From the IMG/VR virus record IMGVR_UViG_3300028571_000020: a DNA stretch of 64,000 nucleotides; one strand, 5' to 3'. The translations under genes were made by a program, and so were the position numbers. Below, one piece after another: positions 16,406 to 26,643 of this stretch (position 1 is its first letter; every line of letters begins with the position of its first letter). The notes under the pieces were generated by a model that searched no databases, was not told where the DNA came from, and worked only from the letters and a program-made list of their open reading frames with translations. This stretch comes from an uncultured virus (IMG/VR IMGVR_UViG_3300028571_000020). Taxonomy: Duplodnaviria > Heunggongvirae > Uroviricota > Caudoviricetes.

Positions 16406-18691
16406 TCAACCACCGGGTGCAGAGCTAGTAGCGTTTGCGGCGGCTTGGTCAGCGGCGACAGCAGCTGACATTGAGCTAGCAGGAATGTTGGTCACCACCG
16501 TCGTGTACACCTTGATGCCGTTAGCTGTTGGCACCACAGTAGAACTGCCTTCCTCTCTGGGATTTCCGAAAGGAGAGGTAGGCGTTGAGATGAGCGGTCG
16601 CTGAGGAGCATTGGCTTTCATCCTAAGCTCGTTTTCAGTTTCAATGAAATCCTTCACGAACATGCGGTTAAGCTCTCCGGGGTCTTCACCACGAGAAAGG
16701 CTGTCGGTGAACCTTTTAATGTGATCCTTGTTAAGCTCACTACTTTTGTGGGTATTCAGCTTGGTCATGTATGAAGCGGCTGTATCATGCTCACTCTGGA
16801 TTACCGCGTTCTCACTGCCGACTTCGGCAACGACATCCTGCATTCTCTTAGGAAGAAGCTTGGCCTCTCGACCACCAGTTTGCGCGGTCTGCAAAACTGA
16901 AGTGGTTGTTGGACCCATCCCTGCGGTTAGCGCCGCATCTCTGGCCATTAGAACAGCAGACTCCTGCATCTTCCCAAGAGATACAGTCATTGTCGCAGAT
17001 GCAGCAGATGCCCTATCCGCCTCTTGGGCAGTAGCCTCGGTAGCTGAAAGCTTCATAGCTTCAGCAGCCACTGTAGCTGCGTCACCACCAGCGGCTACTT
17101 TGTTGAGCGCATTCGTGAGGATTAGAAACAGTCCGGGATCAGTGACGTCCAGACCACGAGCCTGAGCAAGATTGAGGTTGCCGTCCTTTAGAGTACGAGT
17201 CATGCGGACTTCGGCCAACTTCGAGCCCATGGACTTCTGGATGAGGCTCGCCGCGATGTCAGGAGTCATTGAACCGGAATCAAGACCCTGCTTAACCTGC
17301 GTAGCGATTGAACGCTGCTCGTCTGACAAGTCCTTCCTTGTCAGGAGGTCGCCAACGTCTTGGTCTACTTCCACCGTGCCGAAACCCGCATCGTAGTTCA
17401 TGGTTAGCCCTTCGGCGAACTTCTTGGCACCACTGATTGCACGCTCCAGAGACGCACCCATCTTGACAGCGGCTTTGTAGCCGCCGCCAAAGATTTTCGA
17501 CGTATCTTCAATGGTAGCCCCAGCGTCACCGAGGGATGCGCGCAGATTCCTCACCTCAAGAGTGTAATCCTCCACGTTGATGACCTTGCCAGTCTCGTCG
17601 CTGATGGCACGAGATTCATCCATGAGCCCCCGCATCTCCTTCAATACTTTGGCAGGAGCAGAGTCGAAGCGATTGCGCTCTTCGATAAAGAGCGTCGCCG
17701 CATCATTTATCTCCATAGCTCCCATCTGAGCCATCTGTCCCATCTGATAGGAGATAGGCCCCATTTGTGAGTACATCTCCCCTGTCTTATTGGCGATCAG
17801 GTGCTGCGCAGCCTGAATATCGTCAGCACTGAGGTTGAACTCGGCAGCGATTTGGCCTGCTTGTCTGCGGGCGTTCGAGACATCGACTACTTCATCCCGC
17901 ATACCCTTCTCAGCGTCAGCGTCTGTAGCGAACCGAGTGCCGGGACCAGTCTTCATCCCCTCCTTGCCACGACCATACGAAAGAATTCGCTTCCTTGAAA
18001 TAAGTGCGAGGTCTTGTGTCTCGTTGGCGTATTCTGTGATTGCTTCCGTGACTACTCCTGAAACAGCGGCAAGTACGTTAAGGCCCTTAGCAAGGAACCC
18101 TGCCTTAGCCGCCAAACCACCTGCAGCACTTGCTGCTTCTGCAGCACCAGCAGCAGCCGCACCACCCTCGGCACCGGCGACAGCCGCACCAGCCCGTCTC
18201 AGGATACCGCCACGCACTGCAGCACCAGCAGAAGAGCCAGCAACGCGCTTCTCCAGCAGTGATGTCATTTTCTTCATGGCACTGCTGATGCCAGAGGACG
18301 CTGCCCTACCAATCGACTTGGTAGCTGCCGGAAGGTCTAGGCTACTGCCATGGATGGTCGTTCCAGCTTTGGAACCCGTGATTCCACGGGCAAGCTTCTC
18401 AGTTGCAGCAACGAACTTCTTTCGAGCCTTCATCTCCTGCTCTTGAACAGAAGATAGGTCCTTGACCTGCTTCTCCTTGAGCTTGATCAGGTCGTCGTCT
18501 AGCTCGTTGACCCGCTTCTCATTGAGTCGAGCTTCCCTCTCATTCTTCAGGCGCTCCATCTTGTTGCGCTTGGCGGCTGCAATCTCTGCAGGAGAGCTAG
18601 CGTAGGGATTGTTCCGCTGGTTGGCGACTTGGCTCACGCGACGAGAAGTCGCACTTGGTGTCGTCGTGCTGCTTGTCGTGCGTGTAGCCAT
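16406..18691 (-). CDS. Tape-measure-like protein
   Basis: 761 aa, Ala/Gly-rich, helical/coiled-coil composition, directly downstream of a chaperone-like gene pair. Confidence 0.65.
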   Translation of the reverse strand: MATRTTSSTTTPSATSRRVSQVANQRNNPYASSPAEIAAAKRNKMERLKNEREARLNEKRVNELDDDLIKLKEKQVKDLSSVQEQEMKARKKFVAATEKLARGITGSKAGTTIHGSSLDLPAATKSIGRAASSGISSAMKKMTSLLEKRVAGSSAGAAVRGGILRRAGAAVAGAEGGAAAAGAAEAASAAGGLAAKAGFLAKGLNVLAAVSGVVTEAITEYANETQDLALISRKRILSYGRGKEGMKTGPGTRFATDADAEKGMRDEVVDVSNARRQAGQIAAEFNLSADDIQAAQHLIANKTGEMYSQMGPISYQMGQMAQMGAMEINDAATLFIEERNRFDSAPAKVLKEMRGLMDESRAISDETGKVINVEDYTLEVRNLRASLGDAGATIEDTSKIFGGGYKAAVKMGASLERAISGAKKFAEGLTMNYDAGFGTVEVDQDVGDLLTRKDLSDEQRSIATQVKQGLDSGSMTPDIAASLIQKSMGSKLAEVRMTRTLKDGNLNLAQARGLDVTDPGLFLILTNALNKVAAGGDAATVAAEAMKLSATEATAQEADRASAASATMTVSLGKMQESAVLMARDAALTAGMGPTTTSVLQTAQTGGREAKLLPKRMQDVVAEVGSENAVIQSEHDTAASYMTKLNTHKSSELNKDHIKRFTDSLSRGEDPGELNRMFVKDFIETENELRMKANAPQRPLISTPTSPFGNPREEGSSTVVPTANGIKVYTTVVTNIPASSMSAAVAADQAAANATSSAPGG

Positions 18692-18695
18692 TTAG

Positions 18696-19079
18696 TCAGA
18701 TTCCCTTGAAGAAGTCCTTAGCGCTGTCTACATCCAGAGTGCCAACGTCAACGGTGCTCTTCTTCGCTCTTGTCTTCACCGATTCCACAAAGGACTTGAA
18801 CGCCTCAGCAGCAATGAACGGCACCAGCGGCATATGGACCGTATCTGGTAGAGGACCCTGAGGACCCTGAGGTGCCTCTTCAATGAGAGAAGCAACGTCC
18901 CAGCTTGTGCCCAGCGTGGCTTCAAGCTTATCCCAGAACCGTCGCTCCTCTGACTTCACGACATCAATGAGCAACCGACGCTGAGCGACTGACAGAACCA
19001 TCGCCTCATCGAGCTTGTAGCTGTAGTGGTACGCGACCTGAGCCGCCGAAACGAACTGGCTTCGGCGAACATCCCTCAA
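18696..19079 (-). CDS. Second part of tail-assembly chaperone (T-like), possibly reached by -1 frameshift
   Basis: VAYHYSYKLDEAMVLSVAQRRLL pattern; weak TTG start without clear RBS; lies in the -1 frame of the upstream gene. Confidence 0.6.
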   Translation of the reverse strand: MRDVRRSQFVSAAQVAYHYSYKLDEAMVLSVAQRRLLIDVVKSEERRFWDKLEATLGTSWDVASLIEEAPQGPQGPLPDTVHMPLVPFIAAEAFKSFVESVKTRAKKSTVDVGTLDVDSAKDFFKGI

Positions 19080-19084
19080 GTCGC

Positions 19085-19870
19085 TCAGGTAGGGTTGTCT
19101 TCTTCAGCAGGCTGGTCGCCCAACGCTTCAGCTTCAGCCTCGGCTTCAGCTGGAGGCGCAGACTTGCGACCGACCGAGGTGACTGCGTCGTCAAGCTCCA
19201 CTAGGTAATCCATGTGGACGCGGTGACGGAAGAAATCAATCACGGTCTCCGTCATTGGGGACGCAATGACTTCAGGGATTCCGATGTGCGACTCACCATT
19301 CCACTGGGGATTTGCCCTCTTGATGAGGTCCCGCATCCCGAAGATGTCCCAGATGAACTGGTCTTTGATCTTGACGACACAGCGGCAAGCAAGAGCAGCT
19401 TGGTAAATCTGTGTACGCTGGGTCTCAGTCTGCACATGGATGGCAGTAGAGGCGTTGCCGAACTGCTTTTGCATCCACATGAGGCCCCAGTTGTGGTCAT
19501 CCCAGTTGGGGGCTCGCACTTCAACAACAAGGGGGCTCTTGATCCCAGCAGCAAACAACTCGTAGCGGTGGGTCTCACCAGCCTCGAAGCCGTACTCCTC
19601 AATCAGGGCGTAAAGCGTCTGGTTGTCAATGACGAGGTCCTTCTTCGGAGAAGGAAGGACAGGAGGAGGCGCAACGGGTAGCTCTGCCTGTACGGGAGGT
19701 GTCTCATACCGTGGTTGGGCCACGACGGGCTCTAGGTTACTCATCAGTGACTGCTCAGGGGTTTCCTTCTTTAGGAAGGAAGAAGGGTCGATACGAGTCG
19801 TTTCAACCGTATCACGCTTCAGAAAAGAACCCGGAGTTTTGAGACCCGGTGATAGTGACTTCGTCGCCAT
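19085..19870 (-). CDS. Putative tail-assembly chaperone (G-like)
   Basis: GAGG RBS; two genes upstream of the tape-measure-like gene; acidic end EEDNPT-stop. Confidence 0.6.
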   Translation of the reverse strand: MATKSLSPGLKTPGSFLKRDTVETTRIDPSSFLKKETPEQSLMSNLEPVVAQPRYETPPVQAELPVAPPPVLPSPKKDLVIDNQTLYALIEEYGFEAGETHRYELFAAGIKSPLVVEVRAPNWDDHNWGLMWMQKQFGNASTAIHVQTETQRTQIYQAALACRCVVKIKDQFIWDIFGMRDLIKRANPQWNGESHIGIPEVIASPMTETVIDFFRHRVHMDYLVELDDAVTSVGRKSAPPAEAEAEAEALGDQPAEEDNPT

Positions 19871-19911
19871 TGCTTGACCTCTTGGAGCTGAATCTACGAA
19901 CGGTACAACGT

Positions 19912-19945
19912 AATAAAGAAAGGGTCAACAGACCCTTTCTTTATT
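19912..19945 (-). terminator. Intrinsic terminator
   Basis: AATAAAGAAAGGGTC-AACA-GACCCTTTCTTTATT perfect inverted repeat downstream of the lipoprotein gene. Confidence 0.8.
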
Positions 19946-19975
19946 CGCTTGACTGTCAGAAACTGACAGTTCTTC

Positions 19976-20188
19976 TCACTTCGCGACGGCGGCGGGAGCA
20001 ACGACGGCAGGGGCCTCGATGACCACGGCAGGAGCCGCAGGAGCGACGGAGACAGGAGCTTCACCCTCGCCCTCACCAGCAGCGGCAGGAGCACCAGCAT
20101 CAGCTGGAGCAGCGGCAGGAGCCGCCTCCTTCTTCTCGACGCAGGAGGTGAAAGCAACAGCGAGAACGACCAGAGCAATGAACTTCAT
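19976..20188 (-). CDS. Small Ala/Pro-rich lipoprotein
   Basis: MKFIALVVLAVAFTS-C signal peptide with lipobox-like Cys; ATGA coupling to patatin gene. Confidence 0.75.
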   Translation of the reverse strand: MKFIALVVLAVAFTSCVEKKEAAPAAAPADAGAPAAAGEGEGEAPVSVAPAAPAVVIEAPAVVAPAAVAK

Positions 20189-21093
20189 TTGGACAACCTT
20201 TTCGACAAGAAAGCGTATGTGGATGCGACAGAGTCGTACCCTTCATCTATAGCCTGATCAATCTTGGTCTCGCTGGCGAAAAAGTCAAGTGTTTCCAGCT
20301 TCGTGCGAAGCGGGATCTTGACAAGGTTGACACCCTCTTCAACAGCTTCTTCAACAGAACGGCGCATATTATCGTCGATGACACCACTGATACACTTTTG
20401 GATCAGCTGAATGTTGTCCTTGATATCGACAAGCTGTGCTTTGTCAGACACGATACCGCTAACCGGACCAGCATTGGCACCACCGAAGTAGAGTCCAATG
20501 ACGTTGACTTCGTCATCTGGGATGTTGAAGTTCCGAACCCAGCCGCCATCTTGAAGCAGGGCTACACCGTACTTGGTTGGGTCAAACACAGGCAGGCTCA
20601 TGGAACCAAGACACGCGAGTGGAAGGTCTACATCAGGCTCAGTGAAGGTCACAGGAACGGGGCTTTTCAGGTTGACCTGATAAGAGCACACACGAATGGG
20701 GAACTTCGATTCACCAATGGTGGCTGGCATGTGCTCACGGAATGTCTTCAGGATCTTCCCAGTCTGGAAAGGGCCTTTGGGACCTTTGCGGAATAGGTTG
20801 GTCAGCAGCCATTCCCACACACGCCAGCGGAACGTCAAGATGTTGGATGGTTTGATCGACTTCGCGACCTTGATGACCTTCCTCATCGACTTCACTGGGT
20901 CTGCTGGGTCGTAGTACTTGGCCATCACACCAGCAACCACAGCACCACCGGAGGTGGCTGTGATACCCTTGATGCGGACACCCATGCTGACGAGCGCTAG
21001 AATGGCGCCAAGGAATGCGTAGAGGCGCATCCCGCTCCCAGAGAGGACCAGCCAGAACTCTGGCATGGCCGAGCTTCGCATTTGCTTTTCCAT
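20185..21093 (-). CDS. Patatin-like phospholipase
   Basis: LVLSGSGMR (oxyanion loop), ATSGG (nucleophile elbow), SMSLP, DGG (catalytic Asp). Start moved to ATG 21093. Confidence 0.85.
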   Translation of the reverse strand: MEKQMRSSAMPEFWLVLSGSGMRLYAFLGAILALVSMGVRIKGITATSGGAVVAGVMAKYYDPADPVKSMRKVIKVAKSIKPSNILTFRWRVWEWLLTNLFRKGPKGPFQTGKILKTFREHMPATIGESKFPIRVCSYQVNLKSPVPVTFTEPDVDLPLACLGSMSLPVFDPTKYGVALLQDGGWVRNFNIPDDEVNVIGLYFGGANAGPVSGIVSDKAQLVDIKDNIQLIQKCISGVIDDNMRRSVEEAVEEGVNLVKIPLRTKLETLDFFASETKIDQAIDEGYDSVASTYAFLSKRLSK

Positions 21094-21103
21094 TAGACAC
21101 CCC

Positions 21104-21132
21104 TTGATAAGATACCTGCTACAATATAGGGT
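21104..21132 (+). promoter_or_regulatory. Possible sigma70-type leaderless promoter
   Basis: TTGATA, 17 nt, TAGGGT, 7 nt, ATG 21140. Confidence 0.5.
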
Positions 21133-21139
21133 GTACTCT

Positions 21140-21406
21140 ATGAGCGACGTGATTGTTCCTTCAAATGCTAAGCTCCTACCAAGGACGCTTCTTTCTTCAT
21201 TCTTCAACAGGCTGGCCATGGAGCTTTGGAGTACGGCCCCTGATGAGGTAGAGCCTGACGAGGATGAGGACAGGTACGTCGTCCATCTCCCAGCCATCAT
21301 AGACCCACTGACAATGGGTCCGGGTTCGTGGGCTCGTACCAGAATCAACAAGCTCGACAACAGCGAGTTGAACAAACTACTGGTCGAAGCTTCCAAAACG
21401 GAGTAA
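21140..21406 (+). CDS. Hypothetical protein
   Basis: 88-aa ORF between a promoter-like element and a terminator. Confidence 0.6.
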   Translation: MSDVIVPSNAKLLPRTLLSSFFNRLAMELWSTAPDEVEPDEDEDRYVVHLPAIIDPLTMGPGSWARTRINKLDNSELNKLLVEASKTE

Positions 21407-21409
21407 AGA

Positions 21410-21434
21410 AGAAGCCCCGACAACCGGGGCTTCT
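21410..21434. terminator. Terminator hairpin between convergent genes
   Basis: AGAAGCCCCG-ACAAC-CGGGGCTTCT. Confidence 0.75.
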
Positions 21435-21435
21435 A

Positions 21436-21597
21436 TCACTTACGCGGTAGCTGTGCTGCTCTGATTCGAGCAGCAACCACACTTGGCTTCTCGTCGAGTT
21501 TGACCTTTTTGATTGGAGCCACTTCAGTTGTAGTGGTACCTGTTGGCAGTACCTCAATGACCACGATTTTGATGTCTGTCTTAGCTTCAGTCGTCAT
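21436..21597 (-). CDS. Small hypothetical protein
   Basis: GGAGG RBS before ATG 21597 (MTTEAKTDIK). Confidence 0.6.
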   Translation of the reverse strand: MTTEAKTDIKIVVIEVLPTGTTTTEVAPIKKVKLDEKPSVVAARIRAAQLPRK

Positions 21598-21598
21598 G

Positions 21599-22303
21599 TC
21601 AACCTCCGATATACCAGCGATACAAAATGCCCATCCGGCGATTACCGGGGACAGAACCAAACGTTAGTGTTGCGCGAAGAAACAGGCCGGTGGCTACAGG
21701 CGCCACTGTCGGCATGATGATCTCGTCCTTGAATACAGCGTTACCGACTGGCGGCAGCGGGTAGTTGTCCACGTACTTCACCAGTTCAATCGGTGTTCCG
21801 ATTGGATGGCCAAGTTGGGTGTGCAATCCGAGGATGTCATTCTTGTCGATGACCGCAAACGACGCCGTATCGCCATCTTGGCTGCCCATGACCCAGAACT
21901 GCCCGCCCTGAACCAGCATCTCGTTGGTCACCTCGTAGTCGGCGATGACGACACTGTCTGCGGTGCCAGACATCGACAAGCCCTTCAGCCGAGCCTGTTC
22001 ACTCGTGTGAAGGAATGTCGGAGCGAAAATCAAGTTTCCATGCTCGTCGACGTTTTCTGCTGGCAACGGTGTGCCGTCGTGGTTGACGACAATGGCGTCA
22101 ACCAGTGCCTTCTGGTCAAGAGGCAGACTGTCACGAAACTCGAACACAACACCAACAGGGGTCAGTTCGACCTTCTGCAGGTGGATCGCGATGTCTTCCG
22201 TATCTCGCGTGGTCTTGAGTAGGTTCGGGGCGTCAATGACGCCACCAGAGCCCGTGAACTCCGACTTGAGGTAAGCATACGTTGTTGGCGTTCTGAGTGT
22301 CAT
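21599..22303 (-). CDS. Putative virion structural protein
   Basis: AGGAG RBS; member of the fibre operon; beta-rich. Confidence 0.65.
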   Translation of the reverse strand: MTLRTPTTYAYLKSEFTGSGGVIDAPNLLKTTRDTEDIAIHLQKVELTPVGVVFEFRDSLPLDQKALVDAIVVNHDGTPLPAENVDEHGNLIFAPTFLHTSEQARLKGLSMSGTADSVVIADYEVTNEMLVQGGQFWVMGSQDGDTASFAVIDKNDILGLHTQLGHPIGTPIELVKYVDNYPLPPVGNAVFKDEIIMPTVAPVATGLFLRATLTFGSVPGNRRMGILYRWYIGG

Positions 22304-22318
22304 TGTTGTCTCTCCTAT

Positions 22319-24274
22319 TCAGCTTGCGCTTCCATAACCAAACTCACCACCACCACCACCACCACCCGGAGTGAAGTCGACGCTGAACGTGTCGATGCCT
22401 GCGAGCCCGCGAGCGAAGGCGCTGTCACCAGTGACGTCATCTGTCAGCACGACGACGACAGGGTTGACGTCATCAAACCAAGTTAGATCGAAGGTGGAGA
22501 TGCCACCAGCAATCGGAAGCTCCAGCAGCAGCCCTTGGACGTTGTTGTACAACTTGATCGTCTTGGCATTGGCATTGGCACTAGGTCCGTTGGCGATGCT
22601 CCCGGCCACCGAACGCGTAATCGAATGCGATGTCAGCACGAAGGTGATGTCGCAGAAGCCAGTGGCCGAGGCCGAGAATCCTACTCTGTACTTGCGTGCG
22701 TTACTCAACGGAATGCGAGAAGAGTCGGCGTCATCTGTCCACCGCCTGAACAGATCTCGTGCTTGGGCATGGACGTAGCGAATACCGAGTTCTGCATCGT
22801 CGGAAGACGGGTCGGAGTAGACTCCGTCGTAGCCAAGGTGCGTAGCGCCACTGCGACGTTGAACGTTGATCGTCAAACCAGCAGGGGCCGACGTTGAGTT
22901 GACGATAAACATTGCGTCAACGCCGATACCTGTGCGGAACGTAGCAACAGCCCCGTCGTAGACGATGACGTCTCCCGACAGCAGTTGAACGGCAGCCGTC
23001 TGATTCGTCGTCGTCAGCACCTTCTGCAGCGTCGTCTGGTTGTGCGCGTGGACACCAAGAGTCGCTTTGTCCGACGTGTAGTTCAGGTACCACATCGACG
23101 TGACATTGGTGGCCAAGATCGTGGTAGACGTTGACCTGAAGTCGGCGCCGATCGTGTTCTTGCCACGCGCCAGCGTGATAGCCGAGGCGTCCATCATCTG
23201 CAGGATGGAACCAGCGCACGCACTCAGGTTGACGGTCGAGGCCACCCAAGTCGCACTTGGATTGACTCGGTGGTTCAATGCGCCAACGGCGCCTGTCGTA
23301 TGGTACGTGAGAACAAGGGCAGACTTGACAACTGTGATCGTGCCGGGCTCCTCGACCCAAACACTACGTTCAGCATGAGAATACTCAGTCGTCGACAGAC
23401 CGATGGGAGCGGCCCAGTCCATCGGCAGCATGATGCTGTTGAGCACGCGTGTCGTGGTAGTCGCGTTGAAGTCGTAGGTGATGACCATGGTCACGACTGG
23501 GCAGTTGCACGCGGCTACGTTGGCCCAGAGGTGAAACGTATGGGTCGCCGCGTAGGAGAAAGTAGGTCGCCACGCGTAGCGGAAGTAGCTGTTTGTCGCC
23601 AGCGCTCGCTCGTAGATCGCCGACGTATTGACGCCAAGCGTGTCAATTTCCATCGACAGCGTGATGTCGGTCGCAACCGCAGCAGAGTGCTGATTGCCTT
23701 CTATGACGATGACGCAGTCACGAATGACTGCGGACGCTTCAGGCAAGAACGTATTGAGGAGCGGGATCGTGTCCATAGACGCTGGTTTGGCCAGCGCCAA
23801 TGCAGCTTGCGTACTGTTGAGCGGGATGCGCACCGTCTTCATCTGAGTGACGGACGTCTCGTCGTACTCGTAGGTAATCACCAGCCGTGCTGTGACATTG
23901 GTGAACCCCGTTGCGGCCTGTGTCGCCAACACCTGACAACCTGCGGTCATCGAACCGCCTGTCCAGTTGGTGGTGAAGTGTGCTGTGAAATCGCCCGTCA
24001 TCATGAACGAGATGTTCTCACCGGAGTTGGTGATGGTCTGAGTCCATGGAACGCTTGTGTAGGCGGCTGCGCCAAGGCGGAAGTTCAACGTCTTGGTTGT
24101 GATGTTGGCCGCTGCAGTTTCAGCACAGTGGACAGTGACCTCAACGAAACACGACCTGAAGACCTTACCGGCCTCTGGCATCTGAACGGCAATGGTGCCC
24201 AGATTCGTCAACGTTGTGTTAGCCAACGTGTTCAGGCTCGCGAACCAGTACTCGATTGTTTTGATTGCAGTCAT
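22319..24274 (-). CDS. Thr/Ala-rich putative virion structural/adhesin protein with internal duplication
   Basis: IKTIEYW..MPEAGKVFRSCFVEV, MKTVRIP..LPEASAVIRDCVIVI and LNSIMLP..VEEPGTITVVKSALVL look like three related beta domains. Confidence 0.7.
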   Translation of the reverse strand: MTAIKTIEYWFASLNTLANTTLTNLGTIAVQMPEAGKVFRSCFVEVTVHCAETAAANITTKTLNFRLGAAAYTSVPWTQTITNSGENISFMMTGDFTAHFTTNWTGGSMTAGCQVLATQAATGFTNVTARLVITYEYDETSVTQMKTVRIPLNSTQAALALAKPASMDTIPLLNTFLPEASAVIRDCVIVIEGNQHSAAVATDITLSMEIDTLGVNTSAIYERALATNSYFRYAWRPTFSYAATHTFHLWANVAACNCPVVTMVITYDFNATTTTRVLNSIMLPMDWAAPIGLSTTEYSHAERSVWVEEPGTITVVKSALVLTYHTTGAVGALNHRVNPSATWVASTVNLSACAGSILQMMDASAITLARGKNTIGADFRSTSTTILATNVTSMWYLNYTSDKATLGVHAHNQTTLQKVLTTTNQTAAVQLLSGDVIVYDGAVATFRTGIGVDAMFIVNSTSAPAGLTINVQRRSGATHLGYDGVYSDPSSDDAELGIRYVHAQARDLFRRWTDDADSSRIPLSNARKYRVGFSASATGFCDITFVLTSHSITRSVAGSIANGPSANANAKTIKLYNNVQGLLLELPIAGGISTFDLTWFDDVNPVVVVLTDDVTGDSAFARGLAGIDTFSVDFTPGGGGGGGEFGYGSAS

Positions 24275-26643
24275 AGAACTTCAACCTCAAGCGTAATCGT
24301 CAGCTGAGCAGCAGCGCTGTTGGCCTCAACCTCTAGCATGAACACATCGCCTACGGCTACTGCCGTGGTCCAACCAGTGAGCGTGGAAGAGCTATTGACG
24401 GAGGCAGCAGCCAAGCTTGGCTTTGCAGCAGCTGTAATCGTGTTCGCGTTTGTCGGTACGGCTCCCGCCAATTTCCACACGTCGAGTGTCGCCGTCGTCG
24501 CCACGTCGGCGACCAGCGTCCACGACCGGATGACCCCAGCGAATGGGCAGCGGACCAGCGTCGGCTTCTTTGCTCCTGTGCCCACCACACCTGTATCAAT
24601 GCCAATGGACATTGTCACGGTTTTGCGCTCATTCGGAGGGAAATGCATCACCCAACGCAGAGTCGTCGTGTCGTAATGCATCTCAACTGACCGACCGGGG
24701 CCGAGAATCATCGACCGAGCCAGAGGCATCGTCAGGCGGTTCTGGGTGGACGAGGAGGCCGACTCATGGCCGAAGGTGATAGCGAACGCGCCGACGTTAG
24801 CTAGGATCGTGCGCTCGCCCCCACCAACACCAAAGCCGCCAAGGAAGCCTGTGATTGTGACAGCAGCACTTGGGTTCAGGCGCAAGATGGCACAGTCAAC
24901 AAACCCAGCGGGAGAGTAGTTGTTCTGGTTCGTGCCCAAAGCAGCTGTGACTGTATTGTACCGAATGGCGCCAAAGTTGGCGACTGCCGTATTGCCGAAG
25001 TCGACAGCTGAACCTGCACCGATGATGAACGAACCTGCTGCAGCGACGTTGACGGCACCAGTGGCAATCTCCAGCAAGTTGCTGATGCCGCGACCACCCA
25101 TATTAATGTCGCCAAGCGCACTGATCTGCGGCGATGCTTGCGACTTGAGCAACTTGCCTGTGGCCCCGTCGTAGATCGCAAACGAGTTGCCTGTGGCTGA
25201 TGCTGGGCCGACAACGTCCCCAGTCCCCGGTCCAGCACTCAGAGCATCCACGGCAGAGTCGAGTGTTTTGAGTGCTGTCTGAACGTTGGTGTCCGTCGGG
25301 CCAAGTACTGTGCCTGAGAACGCACTTGCGTCAACACTGACGTCGATCGCATTTACCTGAAGCGTACGAACGATCGACGACACACGCAGGTTTCGCCAGT
25401 CAATGTACTCGCCGCCGTCAGTTGTTGACCGAAACCGAGCCTTCGGGGTATTCAAGTACGAGGCCGCAGACTGAACGATGATCGTACCCAATGCCACGAA
25501 CTCGGCGAACGGCAGACCTGACAACGACAAGATCTCGGCTTCTGCACCAGTCCTAGCAGCACCAAGTGAACCATACTCTGCAATGCCTTGGATGGCGACG
25601 ATAGGCTCGGCAATGTTGTTGGTGGCGAATAGGTGGACTAGAACATAGTTCAGCGTTGAAATCTCAACCAAAGACCACACGCCAACACTGAACTGATTGA
25701 ACGGTATGCGCCCATTGGCCCCCGTGTAAACGCCCTTGCCCGAGTAAATGAATGGGAAAGCGTCTGCGGTGGCTCTACGCCAGATGCCTGAACCAGTCCG
25801 GTAGTAGACCGGCACTGCGGCAACAGGCGACAGGTCCTGCGGAGCACCATCAGTGATGGCGTGGTGGATGTCCTCGTCACGGATTACACCATCTGCAACG
25901 CCGCACTGTGCATGGATAGCCAAGTCGCCTGATCCATCGACCGTGAGTCCTGTGAGGCCGAGACCAGATTCAAACGCAGCACCGACCGTTGTATGTAAGT
26001 ATGCATGTGTTTGTGCGTCCATAACGACGCCGTGCCGTTCATCGGCCACGTAGATGGCGACGTTGTTGACAGCATCCCAGTACACACTCGCAACCCAAGC
26101 GAATGGAGAGATCAAGTCGAGCGTAAACGTAGCCGTAGCTGTCAACACCCCCGCCGTGTCGACGTAGAAGTACCACTCACCTTCCGTGTCTGCGATCGTG
26201 CAAGTCAAGGCAACAGTGAGTGTTCGCTTGATACCATCGACCCAAACGTCCGCTGATGGTCCGACGAGGCCGAGGGTCAACGTGCGCGTACCATCGTTCC
26301 ATGACAGGGTTGTGTCGGTCCGGTTTGGGAACCCTGTAGGCTCTTGAGTTGCCTCCGTTATGTCAGCAAAGTTCTCAAGCGCGACGTCGACATCGATGTC
26401 GGATATGGCAGGCGTGATGTAGATCAAAGACTGCGCAAGAGTCAAATCGACAGTGCCGTCATTGATGACCACGCTAGCCGCAGAGATCAGTGCGGACAAA
26501 CTGACTGATTCTTGAATCTCGTCAAGACGGAAGTAGTCGCTGAGTGCTACCTGAGCACCACCCAAGATGTTGAGGACACCCAAGTCAGTGATGTCGACCG
26601 GGCTTCCCGTAATATTCTTGGCGATGACTGTCTTAACTGGCAT
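24271..26643 (-). CDS. Fibre protein
   Basis: N-terminal module shared with 31034..33757; GDVVGPASATGNSFAIYDGATGKLLK fibre-type segment. Confidence 0.75.
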   Translation of the reverse strand: MPVKTVIAKNITGSPVDITDLGVLNILGGAQVALSDYFRLDEIQESVSLSALISAASVVINDGTVDLTLAQSLIYITPAISDIDVDVALENFADITEATQEPTGFPNRTDTTLSWNDGTRTLTLGLVGPSADVWVDGIKRTLTVALTCTIADTEGEWYFYVDTAGVLTATATFTLDLISPFAWVASVYWDAVNNVAIYVADERHGVVMDAQTHAYLHTTVGAAFESGLGLTGLTVDGSGDLAIHAQCGVADGVIRDEDIHHAITDGAPQDLSPVAAVPVYYRTGSGIWRRATADAFPFIYSGKGVYTGANGRIPFNQFSVGVWSLVEISTLNYVLVHLFATNNIAEPIVAIQGIAEYGSLGAARTGAEAEILSLSGLPFAEFVALGTIIVQSAASYLNTPKARFRSTTDGGEYIDWRNLRVSSIVRTLQVNAIDVSVDASAFSGTVLGPTDTNVQTALKTLDSAVDALSAGPGTGDVVGPASATGNSFAIYDGATGKLLKSQASPQISALGDINMGGRGISNLLEIATGAVNVAAAGSFIIGAGSAVDFGNTAVANFGAIRYNTVTAALGTNQNNYSPAGFVDCAILRLNPSAAVTITGFLGGFGVGGGERTILANVGAFAITFGHESASSSTQNRLTMPLARSMILGPGRSVEMHYDTTTLRWVMHFPPNERKTVTMSIGIDTGVVGTGAKKPTLVRCPFAGVIRSWTLVADVATTATLDVWKLAGAVPTNANTITAAAKPSLAAASVNSSSTLTGWTTAVAVGDVFMLEVEANSAAAQLTITLEVEVL

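Noticed and set aside
21094..21423. N-terminal extension of the patatin ORF given in the track
   Set aside because: Overlaps an opposite-strand gene with its own promoter and terminator; patatin motifs begin just after ATG 21093.
23270..24307. 345-aa plus-strand ORF, and similar antisense ORFs across 22-38 kb
   Set aside because: Arg/Val-rich shadows of the tightly coupled minus-strand operon.
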